A DNA stretch of 64,000 nt. Origin: Phycisphaerales bacterium. Its GTDB lineage: Bacteria > Planctomycetota > Phycisphaerae > Phycisphaerales > SM1A02. The position numbers were made by a program, and so were the translations under genes. The stretch spans positions 318,327 through 382,326 of the forward strand of contig JAXMAE010000004.1 of assembly GCA_046350495.1 (NCBI GenBank). The letters are read 5' to 3'. The notes beneath the pieces are model-generated. The model was not told the origin of the DNA. It saw nothing but the letters and a program-made list of their open reading frames with translations, and ran no database searches. Shown one piece after another: positions 17,964-26,793 of this stretch (positions are counted from its first letter, which is position 1; the number at the start of each line of letters is the position of its first letter).

Positions 17964-18509
17964 ATGCATCGACGAGAGCGCTCGATCCCTTCGACCTCGT
18001 ACGTCACGGCCGGCGCGGCGATGGTCGCCATCGCGATGCTCTGCGGCTGTACCGGCGGCCTCAATCGCCACGACGCGCCGACGGGCGAGGATCTCCCCGA
18101 TCTTCAGGCCCGCATGCCCGCGGCGGTTCCGCCGACGGTCACCCGCGGATTCGAGCGAGTGCCCGATCGGGCGACGTGGGACAAGACGGTGATCGTCGTC
18201 GAGACCCGTCAAGTCGAGGCCCAGCCGACGTACGTCACGGCGCCGACCTACGACAAGACGACCGCCCGCCAGCGCGGCGACTATCCGACCGTCGCGACGG
18301 TGTTCGAAGAGCACGGCGACGGGGGCATGATGGCGATCGAGTCCGTGGCCGCTCCGTTCTGGTCTGCGTGGGACCTGGTCGTCTCCCCGGTGCGGATGTG
18401 CATGCGTCCGCCGTGGGCCACCAACCGCGTGCCCAACAATCCGCCGTCGTTGACGCCACCTGCGCCGACCGCGGCGGCGACGACCGACGACAAGCCCGCA
18501 GCGCCCTGA
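17964..18509 (+). CDS. hypothetical lipoprotein
   Basis: Lies within ORF 17955..18509(+). The ATG at 17964 sits 8 nt after AGGAG. The lipobox is AIAMLCGC and the C-terminus is Pro/Thr-rich. No family was recognised. Confidence 0.55.
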   Translation: MHRRERSIPSTSYVTAGAAMVAIAMLCGCTGGLNRHDAPTGEDLPDLQARMPAAVPPTVTRGFERVPDRATWDKTVIVVETRQVEAQPTYVTAPTYDKTTARQRGDYPTVATVFEEHGDGGMMAIESVAAPFWSAWDLVVSPVRMCMRPPWATNRVPNNPPSLTPPAPTAAATTDDKPAAP

Positions 18510-18521
18510 ATCGGCCAGCGC

Positions 18522-18920
18522 ATGACCGACACCGCACGGACGCTCGACGATCGCGGACTGCCGCCCGGCTATCCGTATCGCCCGGAGTGGGAGATCACGC
18601 CGCGCGAGCTGCGGGCCGTGCGCGACGGCGCCAAGCCGCCGCTGATCGTCGACTGTCGCACCGAACAGGAACGCGCGATCTGCCGCATCGAGGGCTCGCT
18701 GCATCTGCCGCTGCACGAACTTGAGCGCAAGCTCGACGAGCTGCGCGATGCGATCGAAGACTCGAACGCTTCCTTCGTCGTCGTTCACTGTCACCACGGC
18801 GTGCGCAGCCTGCGGGCGACGGCGGTGCTGCGCGCCGCCGGCATGCCCGACGTGAGGTCGCTCGCCGGCGGCATCCATCTCTGGGCGATCGACGTGCAAC
18901 CCGGCATGCCGACGTACTGA
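18522..18920 (+). CDS. rhodanese-domain sulfurtransferase
   Basis: ORF 18522..18920(+). It has ...LIVDCRTEQERAICRIEGSLHLP... and the active-site loop VVHCHHGVRS, followed by ...LAGGIHLWA. Confidence 0.85.
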   Translation: MTDTARTLDDRGLPPGYPYRPEWEITPRELRAVRDGAKPPLIVDCRTEQERAICRIEGSLHLPLHELERKLDELRDAIEDSNASFVVVHCHHGVRSLRATAVLRAAGMPDVRSLAGGIHLWAIDVQPGMPTY

Positions 18921-18934
18921 CTCCGCGAGACGTC

Positions 18935-19855
18935 GTGCTCAAGTATCGCCTCATCACCGGCCCGCTCCTGATCGCGTTGATCGTCGCGCTCGTGTGGTTC
19001 GACGACCGCCTCGAAGCGTGGCCGTTGAGCGGCGGGCTCCGCTCGCTCGCCGACGCGCTCGGGTGGCATCATCCGAACGCTCCGCAGGGCACGGTGCTCT
19101 TCCTGCTCGCGCTCGCGATCGTCCCGCTCATGGCCAACGAGACGACGCGGATGATCGAGGCCGTGGGGATCGCGACGAGTCGCCGACTCTCGATCGCCGC
19201 CGCGGCCATCGCGTTCGTCGTCACGTCGGCGCTTCCGTTCCTGCGCTCCCCGCTGCACGCCGGCGCGCTTTCGGCGACGGCGCTGGTGGCGTTCGTCGTG
19301 TTCGGGCTGCTGCGTTTCTCGCGCGGACACAACGTGCACGGAGTCCTTGCCGCGACCGGCGGGCTTCTCCTCGTCGCGGTCTACTCGGGCGTCCTCATCG
19401 CGTTCTGGATGCTCATCCGCCAGGAGCACTCGGCGTGGGTGCTGGTCGGCGCGGTCCTCACGACGAAGAGTTGCGACATCGGGGCGTACTTCACCGGCGT
19501 CTCGATCGGACGTCACAAGCTGATCCCGTGGCTTTCCCCCGGAAAGACTTGGGAAGGCCTCGCCGGTGGCGTCGCGACCGCGACGGCCGTCGGCGCTGGC
19601 ATGGCACTGGCCAGCCAGCGTCTGCCCCACGCCGCGGATCACGTCGCCGTCTGGGTCGGCGCGGTCGGCGGCGTCATCGTCGCCCTCGTCGGCCAGTTCG
19701 GCGACCTCGCCGAGAGCCTCTTCAAGCGGGATGCGGGCCTGAAGGACTCGGGCAGGCTCTTGCCGGGCATGGGCGGCGTACTCGACGTTCTTGATTCTCC
19801 GCTCATGACGGGACCTGCGGTGTATTGGCTCCTCGCGGCGACGACCGCACAGTAA
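18935..19855 (+). CDS. cdsA: phosphatidate cytidylyltransferase
   Basis: ORF 18935..19855(+), GTG start. It is a polytopic membrane protein. The CdsA signature is present: ...KSCDIGAYFTGVSIGRHKLIPWLSPGKTWEGLAGG...GDLAESLFKRDAGLKDSGRLLPGMGGVLDVLDS. Confidence 0.9.
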   Translation: MLKYRLITGPLLIALIVALVWFDDRLEAWPLSGGLRSLADALGWHHPNAPQGTVLFLLALAIVPLMANETTRMIEAVGIATSRRLSIAAAAIAFVVTSALPFLRSPLHAGALSATALVAFVVFGLLRFSRGHNVHGVLAATGGLLLVAVYSGVLIAFWMLIRQEHSAWVLVGAVLTTKSCDIGAYFTGVSIGRHKLIPWLSPGKTWEGLAGGVATATAVGAGMALASQRLPHAADHVAVWVGAVGGVIVALVGQFGDLAESLFKRDAGLKDSGRLLPGMGGVLDVLDSPLMTGPAVYWLLAATTAQ

Positions 19856-19930
19856 ACTCCGAGCAGGTCGACTGCGGCGAGCAGTGCGTTTCGCGTCGGC
19901 CGGTTCGATTCGCCGCCTCCGGAGCACCCG

Positions 19931-20680
19931 ATGAGCCTGATGGAGCACCTCCTCACCCTGCACCGCGTCGACAGCCAGGTTCGAGCGTTGCGATCACGAG
20001 TGGAGGCGGCGGAGCGGGACTTGGCGGCGCAGCAGAAGCTGGTCGCGACGCTCGATCGACAGAACCAAGAGGTCCAGTCGCAGTCGCGCCAGATTCAGGC
20101 GACGATCAAGAACCTCGAGGTCGAATCGCAGTCGCTGCAGGCGCGGATCGAGAAGCTGCGCGGCGAGATGAACAGCTCGCAGAACAACAAGCAGTACCAG
20201 GCGATGCTGCAGGAGATCAAGCAGCTCGAGGGGAAGAAGACCGAGCTCGACTCGCGCACGCTCAGCGAGATGGAGAAGCTCGAAGGCGTGAAGTCGAACG
20301 CCGAGAAGCTCGCGGCGCAGATGAGCGATCGGAAGAAGGTGCACGACGTCGTCGCCGGTCAGCTCAAGGAGCGCACCGCGGACTGCGCTGGACGATTGTC
20401 GGAACTCGAGAAGGAGCGCGTGAGGGCCGACGAAGCCGTGCCTCCGCGCGAGCGTGCGATCTTCCGCCGCGTCGCCGACCTCACCGATGGCGAAGCGATG
20501 TCCGAAGTCGAGGAGATCGATCGACGTCACAAGGAATACGCGTGCGGCACCTGCCGCATTGAGATCCCCTACGCGCACGTCGCGACCCTGATGAGCAATC
20601 CGAACGCGCTGGTGCAATGCACCGCGTGCGCGAGGATTCTCTACCTCGCCGACGCGACGAAGGAAGTGCTGCGGAAGTAG
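19931..20680 (+). CDS. coiled-coil protein with a C-terminal C4 zinc ribbon (COG1579/DUF164-like)
   Basis: ORF 19931..20680(+). A long heptad-like region is followed by ...YACGTCRIEIPYAHVATLMSNPNALVQCTACARILY. Confidence 0.75.
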   Translation: MSLMEHLLTLHRVDSQVRALRSRVEAAERDLAAQQKLVATLDRQNQEVQSQSRQIQATIKNLEVESQSLQARIEKLRGEMNSSQNNKQYQAMLQEIKQLEGKKTELDSRTLSEMEKLEGVKSNAEKLAAQMSDRKKVHDVVAGQLKERTADCAGRLSELEKERVRADEAVPPRERAIFRRVADLTDGEAMSEVEEIDRRHKEYACGTCRIEIPYAHVATLMSNPNALVQCTACARILYLADATKEVLRK

Positions 20681-20758
20681 CAGGCGCGCACACCGCCGAC
20701 TCGCGCTGATCACGCCTCGATGCTCAGCGCTCGCGGCTATCCTTCGTGCGTGCAGGAC

Positions 20759-21013
20759 ATGTCGGACACTCCCCTTCACGTTGAGCGGATCCAGGCCGCG
20801 ATCCTCGCCCGCAAGAGCGAGGATGAGCGCTGGCGCATCGCGCTCGAGCTCACCGGATACGTCCTGCGGAACGCGATGCGCGCAATCATGGAAACGACCG
20901 GGGGCGACCGCGACGCGGCGCGCGTTCGGCTCGTGCAACTTTTGCACGGCGATGCGCTCGCTCGGGGGTTCGAGGCTGCCCTGCGAGCGCGAGGCCCGGA
21001 CGGCAATCGCTAG
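20759..21013 (+). CDS. small helical protein, putative partner/antitoxin of the downstream nucleotidyltransferase
   Basis: Lies within ORF 20720..21013(+), starting at the ATG at 20759, 84 aa (MSDTPLHVERIQAAILARKSEDERWRIALELTGYVLRNAMRAIMETTGGDRDAARVRLVQLLHGDALA...). It ends 18 nt before the next gene. Confidence 0.45.
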   Translation: MSDTPLHVERIQAAILARKSEDERWRIALELTGYVLRNAMRAIMETTGGDRDAARVRLVQLLHGDALARGFEAALRARGPDGNR

Positions 21014-21031
21014 CCCGCGCGGAATCGTCAC

Positions 21032-21595
21032 GTGGAGACCATGGATCGAGAGTTTCGCGATGCGCTGCTCGCCGTGATCGCAACGCTCGATCGGCTGCGT
21101 GTGCCGCACTACGTTGGCGGATCGATCGCAAGCTCGCATCACGGCGTGCCACGTTCGACGATTGACGCGGATGTGATCGCCGCCTTGACGACGGACGCAG
21201 TACACGCGCTGTGCGCCGCGCTCAAGGATCGGTTCTACGTCGACGAGGAGACGGCAAGCGACGCAGTTCGGACAGGGCGATCGTTCAACCTGATCCACCT
21301 CGAATCAGCCGTGAAAGTCGACGTGTTCCCCGCGCGAACGGATGCGTTCCGCCACAGCGCGATCGGACGCGCTCGTCGCGATGCGGATGGCGTGCCGATC
21401 GCGAGCCCCGAGGACACCATCCTTGCCAAGCTGCGGTGGTTCCGCGCTGGCGGGGAGACGTCGCAGCAACAATGGCGCGACATGCTCGGCGTGGTCCGCG
21501 TCCAGGCAGGCAGGCTCGATGAGTCGTACCTCGATCGGTGGGCGTCCGCGCTTGGCGTCGAAGACTTGCTGCGGCGACTGCGGCAGGAGGCGTAG
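21032..21595 (+). CDS. nucleotidyltransferase-fold protein (MNT/AbiEii-like, uncharacterised family)
   Basis: ORF 21032..21595(+), GTG start. An alternative ATG lies at 21041. The motif ...VPHYVGGSIASSHHGVPRSTIDADV... matches the G-S...D-x-D polymerase-beta-like pattern. The C-terminal ...PEDTILAKLRWFRAGGETSQQQWRDMLGV... is typical of this family. Confidence 0.6.
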   Translation: METMDREFRDALLAVIATLDRLRVPHYVGGSIASSHHGVPRSTIDADVIAALTTDAVHALCAALKDRFYVDEETASDAVRTGRSFNLIHLESAVKVDVFPARTDAFRHSAIGRARRDADGVPIASPEDTILAKLRWFRAGGETSQQQWRDMLGVVRVQAGRLDESYLDRWASALGVEDLLRRLRQEA

Positions 21596-21597
21596 TA

Positions 21598-21663
21598 CGG
21601 ATCGTATTTGCTCCACGCGCTCCACGATCTCACAAGACGGCGAAAGGGCCAGAGCGAGTATGC
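21598..21663 (+). repeat. about 62-nt dispersed repeat, copy A
   Basis: The sequence cggaTcgtatttgctccacgcgctccacgatctcacaagacggcgaaaGggccagagcgagt recurs as the reverse complement at 40747-40812 with two mismatches. It starts 3 nt after the stop of the gene at 21032..21595. Confidence 0.85.
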
Positions 21664-21759
21664 GCACGGAGGGCGCTCCGGAGCGCTCGAATTCGTCGAA
21701 CAGCATCGCGACGTGTGGAGGTCGCCGTCGGGGAGAGGTGCCAGCCACGGACGCGGCGA

Positions 21760-21951
21760 ATGGCGACGGCCTCCAGCGGTTCGCAGACGACTGACCTCAC
21801 CGACGCGATTCGAGAGAACGCGGCGGCGGGGATCGCGCGAGCCTCCGGCGACTCGGGCACGGTCGAGCAGATGCCGGTGAGCGAGCAGATCGCCGCCGCG
21901 GACTCAATCGCACTCCGCACCGATCTTCGCTCGCGAACTCCCACTTGCTGA
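21760..21951 (+). CDS. possible orphan small ORF (63 aa)
   Basis: This is the ATG at 21760 inside ORF 21538..21951(+). The product ...AIRENAAAGIARASGDSGTVEQMPVSEQIAAADSIAL... vaguely recalls a small conserved phage head-region protein. That is pattern memory only. No good SD was seen. Confidence 0.2.
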   Translation: MATASSGSQTTDLTDAIRENAAAGIARASGDSGTVEQMPVSEQIAAADSIALRTDLRSRTPTC

Positions 21952-21975
21952 GGCGGAGTCGCTCGTCGCGACTGC

Positions 21976-23526
21976 TCAACCGGTCCAGGCGCCGAGCAGG
22001 ATGCCGAGGTCGAGCGCGTCAACCACGCCGTCTCCGTTCAAGTCCGCGGGCGACGGGGCGGCCTGCGGTCCCCACGCGCCCAGCAGAATGCCGAGGTCGA
22101 CCGCGTTGACGTGGCAGTCGTGATTGATGTCGCCGAGGATGACTTCCGCCGGCCCGAGCGTGCCGTCCGGACGGAGCGCGTCGCCGTAGATGTTCTGGTT
22201 GCCGTCGCGGCTGTCTTCCCACACGACGACGAGCGAGTTGCACGGATTCACCGTCGTGTCGAGACGGCTATGGCCGGTGCGCGTCGAGCTCACCTGCACG
22301 AGACCGCCCGCCCACACCGCGGCGCCATTCGCCGCTGCGCGCCGCGACGCGAAGAGCGTGCCGTTGTTGAACGCGAGGTCGCGCACGAAGAGGAACACCG
22401 GATCGCCGTCGAGGACCCGCGCCCGCATCTCGCGCACGCCGAAGTTCGTGGCGATCGGCATGAGCATGACGCCGCTCGCGCCCCACAGTCGCGCGCCCGC
22501 CGCGTCAAACGCCTGAGCGCCGACGCCGTAATTCGAGGTGTTCGGCACCTTCTCTTCCCACGACACGTATGCGCGCTGCGCGACCGGATCCCACGCGAGC
22601 GACGGACCCGTGCGCTCGTTCGTGGTCGCGACGGTGACCGACACGCCGTTGGTACCCCACAGGAGCGCGCCGCCCCCGTCGACGTGCTGCGCCCAACTCT
22701 GGAGCGGTCCGGTCGTGTACCACGAGAACACCGCGCCGCCCGCCCCGTCGGGCAGGAAGTTCGGGAAGTTGCCGAACTGGAGCGAGCCCGTCGTGAAGAC
22801 GTTCACGTGGTTCGGTCCCCAGAGGAGCGTGCCGCTCGCGTCGACCTTCTGCGCACGAAGCGTCTTCGCGCCGCTGAAGCCCGTCTGACGCACCATGCTC
22901 ACGATCGCGCTCGTGCCGTCGCCGGGCTGCATGTCGGCGACCCACAACTGCGCGCCGGACGCGGTCAGCACGACGGGCGTCGCCCAGTCGATCGTGCCGT
23001 CGAGTTCGAGCCGCTGCAAGCCGGTGTTGTTGCCTTGGACCCAGCCGGCCACGATGCGGCCGTCGCCCGAGAGCGTCACCGACGGAGAGTTGATCGTCGC
23101 AACGGTCGACACCTGAATGCCGTTCGCGCCCCACACCTGCGTGCCGCTCGGATCGACGCGAGTCACCGTCGCCTTCACGCCGCCGAAGCGATCGTCGCCG
23201 AAGCAAAGGACGACCCCGCCCTGCCCGTCGGGGCACGCGCCGTAGTCCTCGGTCGACGAGAACGAGCGGTCGGCGATCAGGATGCCGTTCGGCGCCCACA
23301 GCGGATTGCCGTTGATGTCGAAGCGCTGCAGGTAGACGTCGTAGCCGCCGATCCGGTTGTCAAACCACGAGACGTACACGCCGCCGTCGGGGGCGGGCAC
23401 GATCTTGGGCTGGATGGTGTCGCCAGTGGCGGTGCAGACCGGCGTGTTGGTCGCCGGATCGGAACTCCAATCGGCGAGGGCGGGCGAGGCGAGAAGAACG
23501 GCGGCGGAAAGGGCGATCGGACGCAT
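21976..23526 (-). CDS. secreted beta-propeller-like repeat protein with a C-terminal double dockerin-like module
   Basis: Lies within ORF 21976..23544(-). The ATG at 23526 gives the signal peptide MRPIALSAAVLLASPALA. The motif ...G..LWG.NGV.V... recurs about 7 times. The C-terminus is DINHDCHVNAVDLGILLGAWG...DLNGDGVVDALDLGILLGAWTG. Confidence 0.75.
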   Translation of the reverse strand: MRPIALSAAVLLASPALADWSSDPATNTPVCTATGDTIQPKIVPAPDGGVYVSWFDNRIGGYDVYLQRFDINGNPLWAPNGILIADRSFSSTEDYGACPDGQGGVVLCFGDDRFGGVKATVTRVDPSGTQVWGANGIQVSTVATINSPSVTLSGDGRIVAGWVQGNNTGLQRLELDGTIDWATPVVLTASGAQLWVADMQPGDGTSAIVSMVRQTGFSGAKTLRAQKVDASGTLLWGPNHVNVFTTGSLQFGNFPNFLPDGAGGAVFSWYTTGPLQSWAQHVDGGGALLWGTNGVSVTVATTNERTGPSLAWDPVAQRAYVSWEEKVPNTSNYGVGAQAFDAAGARLWGASGVMLMPIATNFGVREMRARVLDGDPVFLFVRDLAFNNGTLFASRRAAANGAAVWAGGLVQVSSTRTGHSRLDTTVNPCNSLVVVWEDSRDGNQNIYGDALRPDGTLGPAEVILGDINHDCHVNAVDLGILLGAWGPQAAPSPADLNGDGVVDALDLGILLGAWTG

Positions 23527-23653
23527 GGTCCGAGTGTTGCACATGCCGGTCGGTTCGCAACGACAAAGTGCATAATCGCGTCGCCCCGCTTGCCGTGCCG
23601 ATCGCTGGGGAACACGCCTCGCGCTGAGTGGCCGAACGGCGACCCGGCGCGCG

Positions 23654-24955
23654 TCAGACGAGGAGGACCGCCGGCTTCTCGACGAGGTCCTTCAGCGTGC
23701 GCAAATACTCGGCAGCCATCGCCCCGTCGATCACGCGATGGTCGAGCGACAACGTCGCCTGCATTTCCCAGCCCACCACGAGTTGATGCTCGCGCACGAC
23801 CGGCTGCTCCACCGCGGCGCCGCACGCGAGAATCGCGGAGTTCGGGGGGTTGATGATCGCGGTGAAGTGATCGACGCCATACATGCCGAGATTCGAGATG
23901 GTGAACGTCGATCCGTTCATCTCGTCGAGGGTGAGACCCTTGGTGCGGGCCTTGTCGGCGAGGAACTTCGCCTCCTGCGCGATCTGACGCAGGCTCTTCT
24001 GGTCGGCGTTGCGGATGACGCCGACGACGAGTCCGCTGCCGCGTTCCTCGGGTAGCGAGATCGCGATGCCGACGTTCACTTCGCCGTGAACGACGACGTG
24101 GTCGCCCGCGAAGCTCGAGTTCATGAACGGGTGCCGGGCCATCGCGAGGGCGCACGCCCGCACGAGGAAGTCGTTCACCGAGAGCTTCACGCCGAACGGA
24201 GCGAGCGCCTCGTTCAGCTTCGCCCGTTCGCGCACCACTTCGTCCATCGCGAAGCGCATCGACACCTGGTAGTGCGGGATCTGCTGCACGCTCTCGACGA
24301 GGCGCCGCGCGATCGTCTGCCGCATGCCGCTGAGCTCGACCTTGCGGGCCCGCGGAGCCCCGAGCGAGGTGACCGCAGTTGGCGCCGGCGGCGCTGCAGC
24401 GGCAGCCGGCGCGGAACGCGCGAGGGTCGTCGACGGTCCGGCGATCGGCAACGGCGCGGCCGTCTCGATCGGCGCCTTGGCGCTCTGCACGTTGCTCATC
24501 GCGCTCTGCACGTCGCGCTTGATGACTCGACCGCCGGGGCCCGAGCCCTTGATCGTGCGAACGTCGATGCCTGCGTCCTCCGCCATGCGCCGCGCGACCG
24601 GGCTCACGCGCAGGCGACCGCCGTCGATCACCACCTCGGCGTCGTCGGCTTCGGCCTTGTCGGGCGCGACGGCTCCCGCGTGGGACGTCGCGGCCGACAC
24701 GGTCGCCGGATCTTCACCCTTCGCCGCGAGCATCGCGATCAGCGTGCCGACCTTCACTTGCTTGCCCGGTTCGACGAGGAGCTTCGCGACGGTGCCGTCG
24801 TCGAAGCACTGCATTTCCATCGTGGCCTTGTCGGTCTCGATGTCGGCGAGCACGTCGCCGGAGCGGACCTTGTCGCCTTCCTTGACGTTCCATTTGATGA
24901 CGGTGCCGACCTCCATCGTGTCGGACAGGCGAGGCATGGTGAGCGGAATGGGCAT
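23654..24955 (-). CDS. pdhC: dihydrolipoamide acetyltransferase, E2 of the pyruvate dehydrogenase complex
   Basis: Lies within ORF 23654..25177(-), starting at the ATG at 24955. It has a lipoyl domain (MPRLSDTMEVGTVIKWNVKEGDKV...IETDKATME), an E3-binding domain (VSPVARRMAEDAGIDV) and a catalytic domain ending ...LSLDHRVIDGAMAAEYL. Confidence 0.93.
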   Translation of the reverse strand: MPIPLTMPRLSDTMEVGTVIKWNVKEGDKVRSGDVLADIETDKATMEMQCFDDGTVAKLLVEPGKQVKVGTLIAMLAAKGEDPATVSAATSHAGAVAPDKAEADDAEVVIDGGRLRVSPVARRMAEDAGIDVRTIKGSGPGGRVIKRDVQSAMSNVQSAKAPIETAAPLPIAGPSTTLARSAPAAAAAPPAPTAVTSLGAPRARKVELSGMRQTIARRLVESVQQIPHYQVSMRFAMDEVVRERAKLNEALAPFGVKLSVNDFLVRACALAMARHPFMNSSFAGDHVVVHGEVNVGIAISLPEERGSGLVVGVIRNADQKSLRQIAQEAKFLADKARTKGLTLDEMNGSTFTISNLGMYGVDHFTAIINPPNSAILACGAAVEQPVVREHQLVVGWEMQATLSLDHRVIDGAMAAEYLRTLKDLVEKPAVLLV

Positions 24956-25087
24956 GGGTGTGATCGCGTAAGGCGACCAGTTTAGGCTCTCGGACGCGCC
25001 TTCGTGAAAGTGCGTTCTTTGCAGGAAAAACCTGCGATCGCAAGGCCGCGAGTTGAGAGGATGCGACCACACGCATCGGGGACTGAC

Positions 25088-26770
25088 ATGCGAACTCGCC
25101 AACCCGCCTCGCTCGTCGCCATCATCTGCCCGTTCGCCGCGACCTTCGCTGGCGCGCTCGCCGAACCGCCGCTCCAAGTCGTCGTGCTCGCCGGATCGCC
25201 GGCGCCGGGCCTCCGCCCCGCGACGTTCCTCGACCTCGGAACGCCGACTCTGAACGACGATGGGCGCGTCGCGTTCTACGCGAAGACCACCGGCAACCTC
25301 AGCGGGATCTGGTCGAACGCGTCACCCACGGGCGGCGCTTCGGCGCTCGCGCTGGTCGCGCAGTCCGGCGCAGCGGCGCCGGGCGGCGGCGCGTTCGCTC
25401 CGCTCAACGGCACCAAGGTGCTTCTCTCGAACAACGGGCGCGTCGCATTCACCGCCGTCAGCGGAGTGCAGACCGGCGTGTGGTCCCAGGAAGGCGTGCC
25501 GCTCGCGCTCGTCGCCATCAACGGCGGTGCCGTACCGAGCGTGGTCGGCGGCACGTTTGTCATCGGGCCAGGCGACGTCGACCCGATGATCAACGGCAAC
25601 GGAGTGGTTGCGTTCCGCACGGGCTACAGCGCGCCGGGCACGCCGCCGATCTCGAATCTCGCGGCGATTTTCGCGGGGACGCCCAGCAATCTCGGCATCG
25701 CGGCCCAAGCGGTCATGGGCACGCCGCTTCCGGAGGGCTTCAATTCCTTCGTCGCGCCGATCATCAACGATCGCGCGTATCTGGCCGCGACCGGCTCATA
25801 TCACCTCGCCGCGTCCAACTCGAATACGGGGGGGGCTTTCGGCGGGGGAAGCGGCACCATGAGCGCAGTCATGCTCGCCAATCAGGAGGCGCCTGGATTC
25901 GGGCCGTTGAATCCCATCGGCGTGCCAAACACTCTGATCGGTCTGAACAACACGGACGCGATGCTCTTCCAGACCGACGTGTCGGGGCCTGGCATCACCG
26001 GCGCGAACGAGACCGTCCTCTGGGTCAACGTCGACGGCGTCACCTCCGCGCTTGTCCGCGAAGGCGATCCGATCCCCGGCGTCGCCGGCGTCTTCCTCGG
26101 CGAGATGAGCTCGGCCTTCCTCGCCGACTCGGGTCACGTCGTCTTCACCGCGTTCCTCACCGGGCCCGGCGTCACCTCGGACAACAGCCAGGCGATCGTG
26201 CGTCGCGATCCGGGCCCGACGGGCGTCCTGCGCATCCTCGCGCGAACCGGCACGCAGGCGCCGGAACTCCAGGCAGGCGCGACCATCCTCGGGTTCACGA
26301 GCCCGGCGATGAATCAGCTCGGACAAGTCGCGTTTCAGGCAACGGTCTTCAATCCCGGTCCAGGCGGCAACGGCTCCATCTATTACGGCACCGACGCGGC
26401 GGGACGCCTACGGATCGCGCACCGCGGCAACACCCAGCACGTGATCGCGCCGGGCGTGAACGCGCTCGTCGGCGACGGCGCCGCGCTCTACGCGAGCGGC
26501 GGGACCGACGGACGACGCCGCAGTCTCAACATCCACGGCGAGATCGCCTTCTCGACCGGCTACACGGTCGTGCCGCCGCCCGGCGGTGGCTCAGCGATCT
26601 TCATCGCCCGCATTCCGTTGCCCGCGGACATCAACGGCGACGGAAGCGTGAACGCGGCGGATCTGGCGCTCCTGCTCGGCGCATGGGGCAGCGGCGGCGC
26701 GACCGATCTCGACGGAAACGGCACCACCGACGCAGCCGACCTGTCCGTGCTGCTCGGATCGTGGAGCTGA
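25088..26770 (+). CDS. secreted NxxGxxAF tandem-repeat protein with a C-terminal double dockerin-like module
   Basis: Lies within ORF 25004..26770(+). The ATG at 25088 gives the signal peptide ...ICPFAATFAGALA. The repeats are LNDDGRVAF, SNNGRVAFTA, INGNGVVAFRT, ADSGHVVFTA, MNQLGQVAFQA and NIHGEIAFST. The C-terminus is DINGDGSVNAADLALLLGAWGSGGATDLDGNGTTDAADLSVLLGSWS. Confidence 0.75.
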   Translation: MRTRQPASLVAIICPFAATFAGALAEPPLQVVVLAGSPAPGLRPATFLDLGTPTLNDDGRVAFYAKTTGNLSGIWSNASPTGGASALALVAQSGAAAPGGGAFAPLNGTKVLLSNNGRVAFTAVSGVQTGVWSQEGVPLALVAINGGAVPSVVGGTFVIGPGDVDPMINGNGVVAFRTGYSAPGTPPISNLAAIFAGTPSNLGIAAQAVMGTPLPEGFNSFVAPIINDRAYLAATGSYHLAASNSNTGGAFGGGSGTMSAVMLANQEAPGFGPLNPIGVPNTLIGLNNTDAMLFQTDVSGPGITGANETVLWVNVDGVTSALVREGDPIPGVAGVFLGEMSSAFLADSGHVVFTAFLTGPGVTSDNSQAIVRRDPGPTGVLRILARTGTQAPELQAGATILGFTSPAMNQLGQVAFQATVFNPGPGGNGSIYYGTDAAGRLRIAHRGNTQHVIAPGVNALVGDGAALYASGGTDGRRRSLNIHGEIAFSTGYTVVPPPGGGSAIFIARIPLPADINGDGSVNAADLALLLGAWGSGGATDLDGNGTTDAADLSVLLGSWS

Positions 26771-26793
26771 CACGTTGCGTTCGCCGCAAGCGC

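Noticed and set aside
19856-19930. A tRNA-like T-arm string (ggccggttcgattcgcc) in the cdsA / zinc-ribbon intergenic region.
   Set aside because: I could not build a 7-bp acceptor stem, D-arm or anticodon arm. The T-stem halves are not complementary. No tRNA or rRNA was recognised anywhere in the window.
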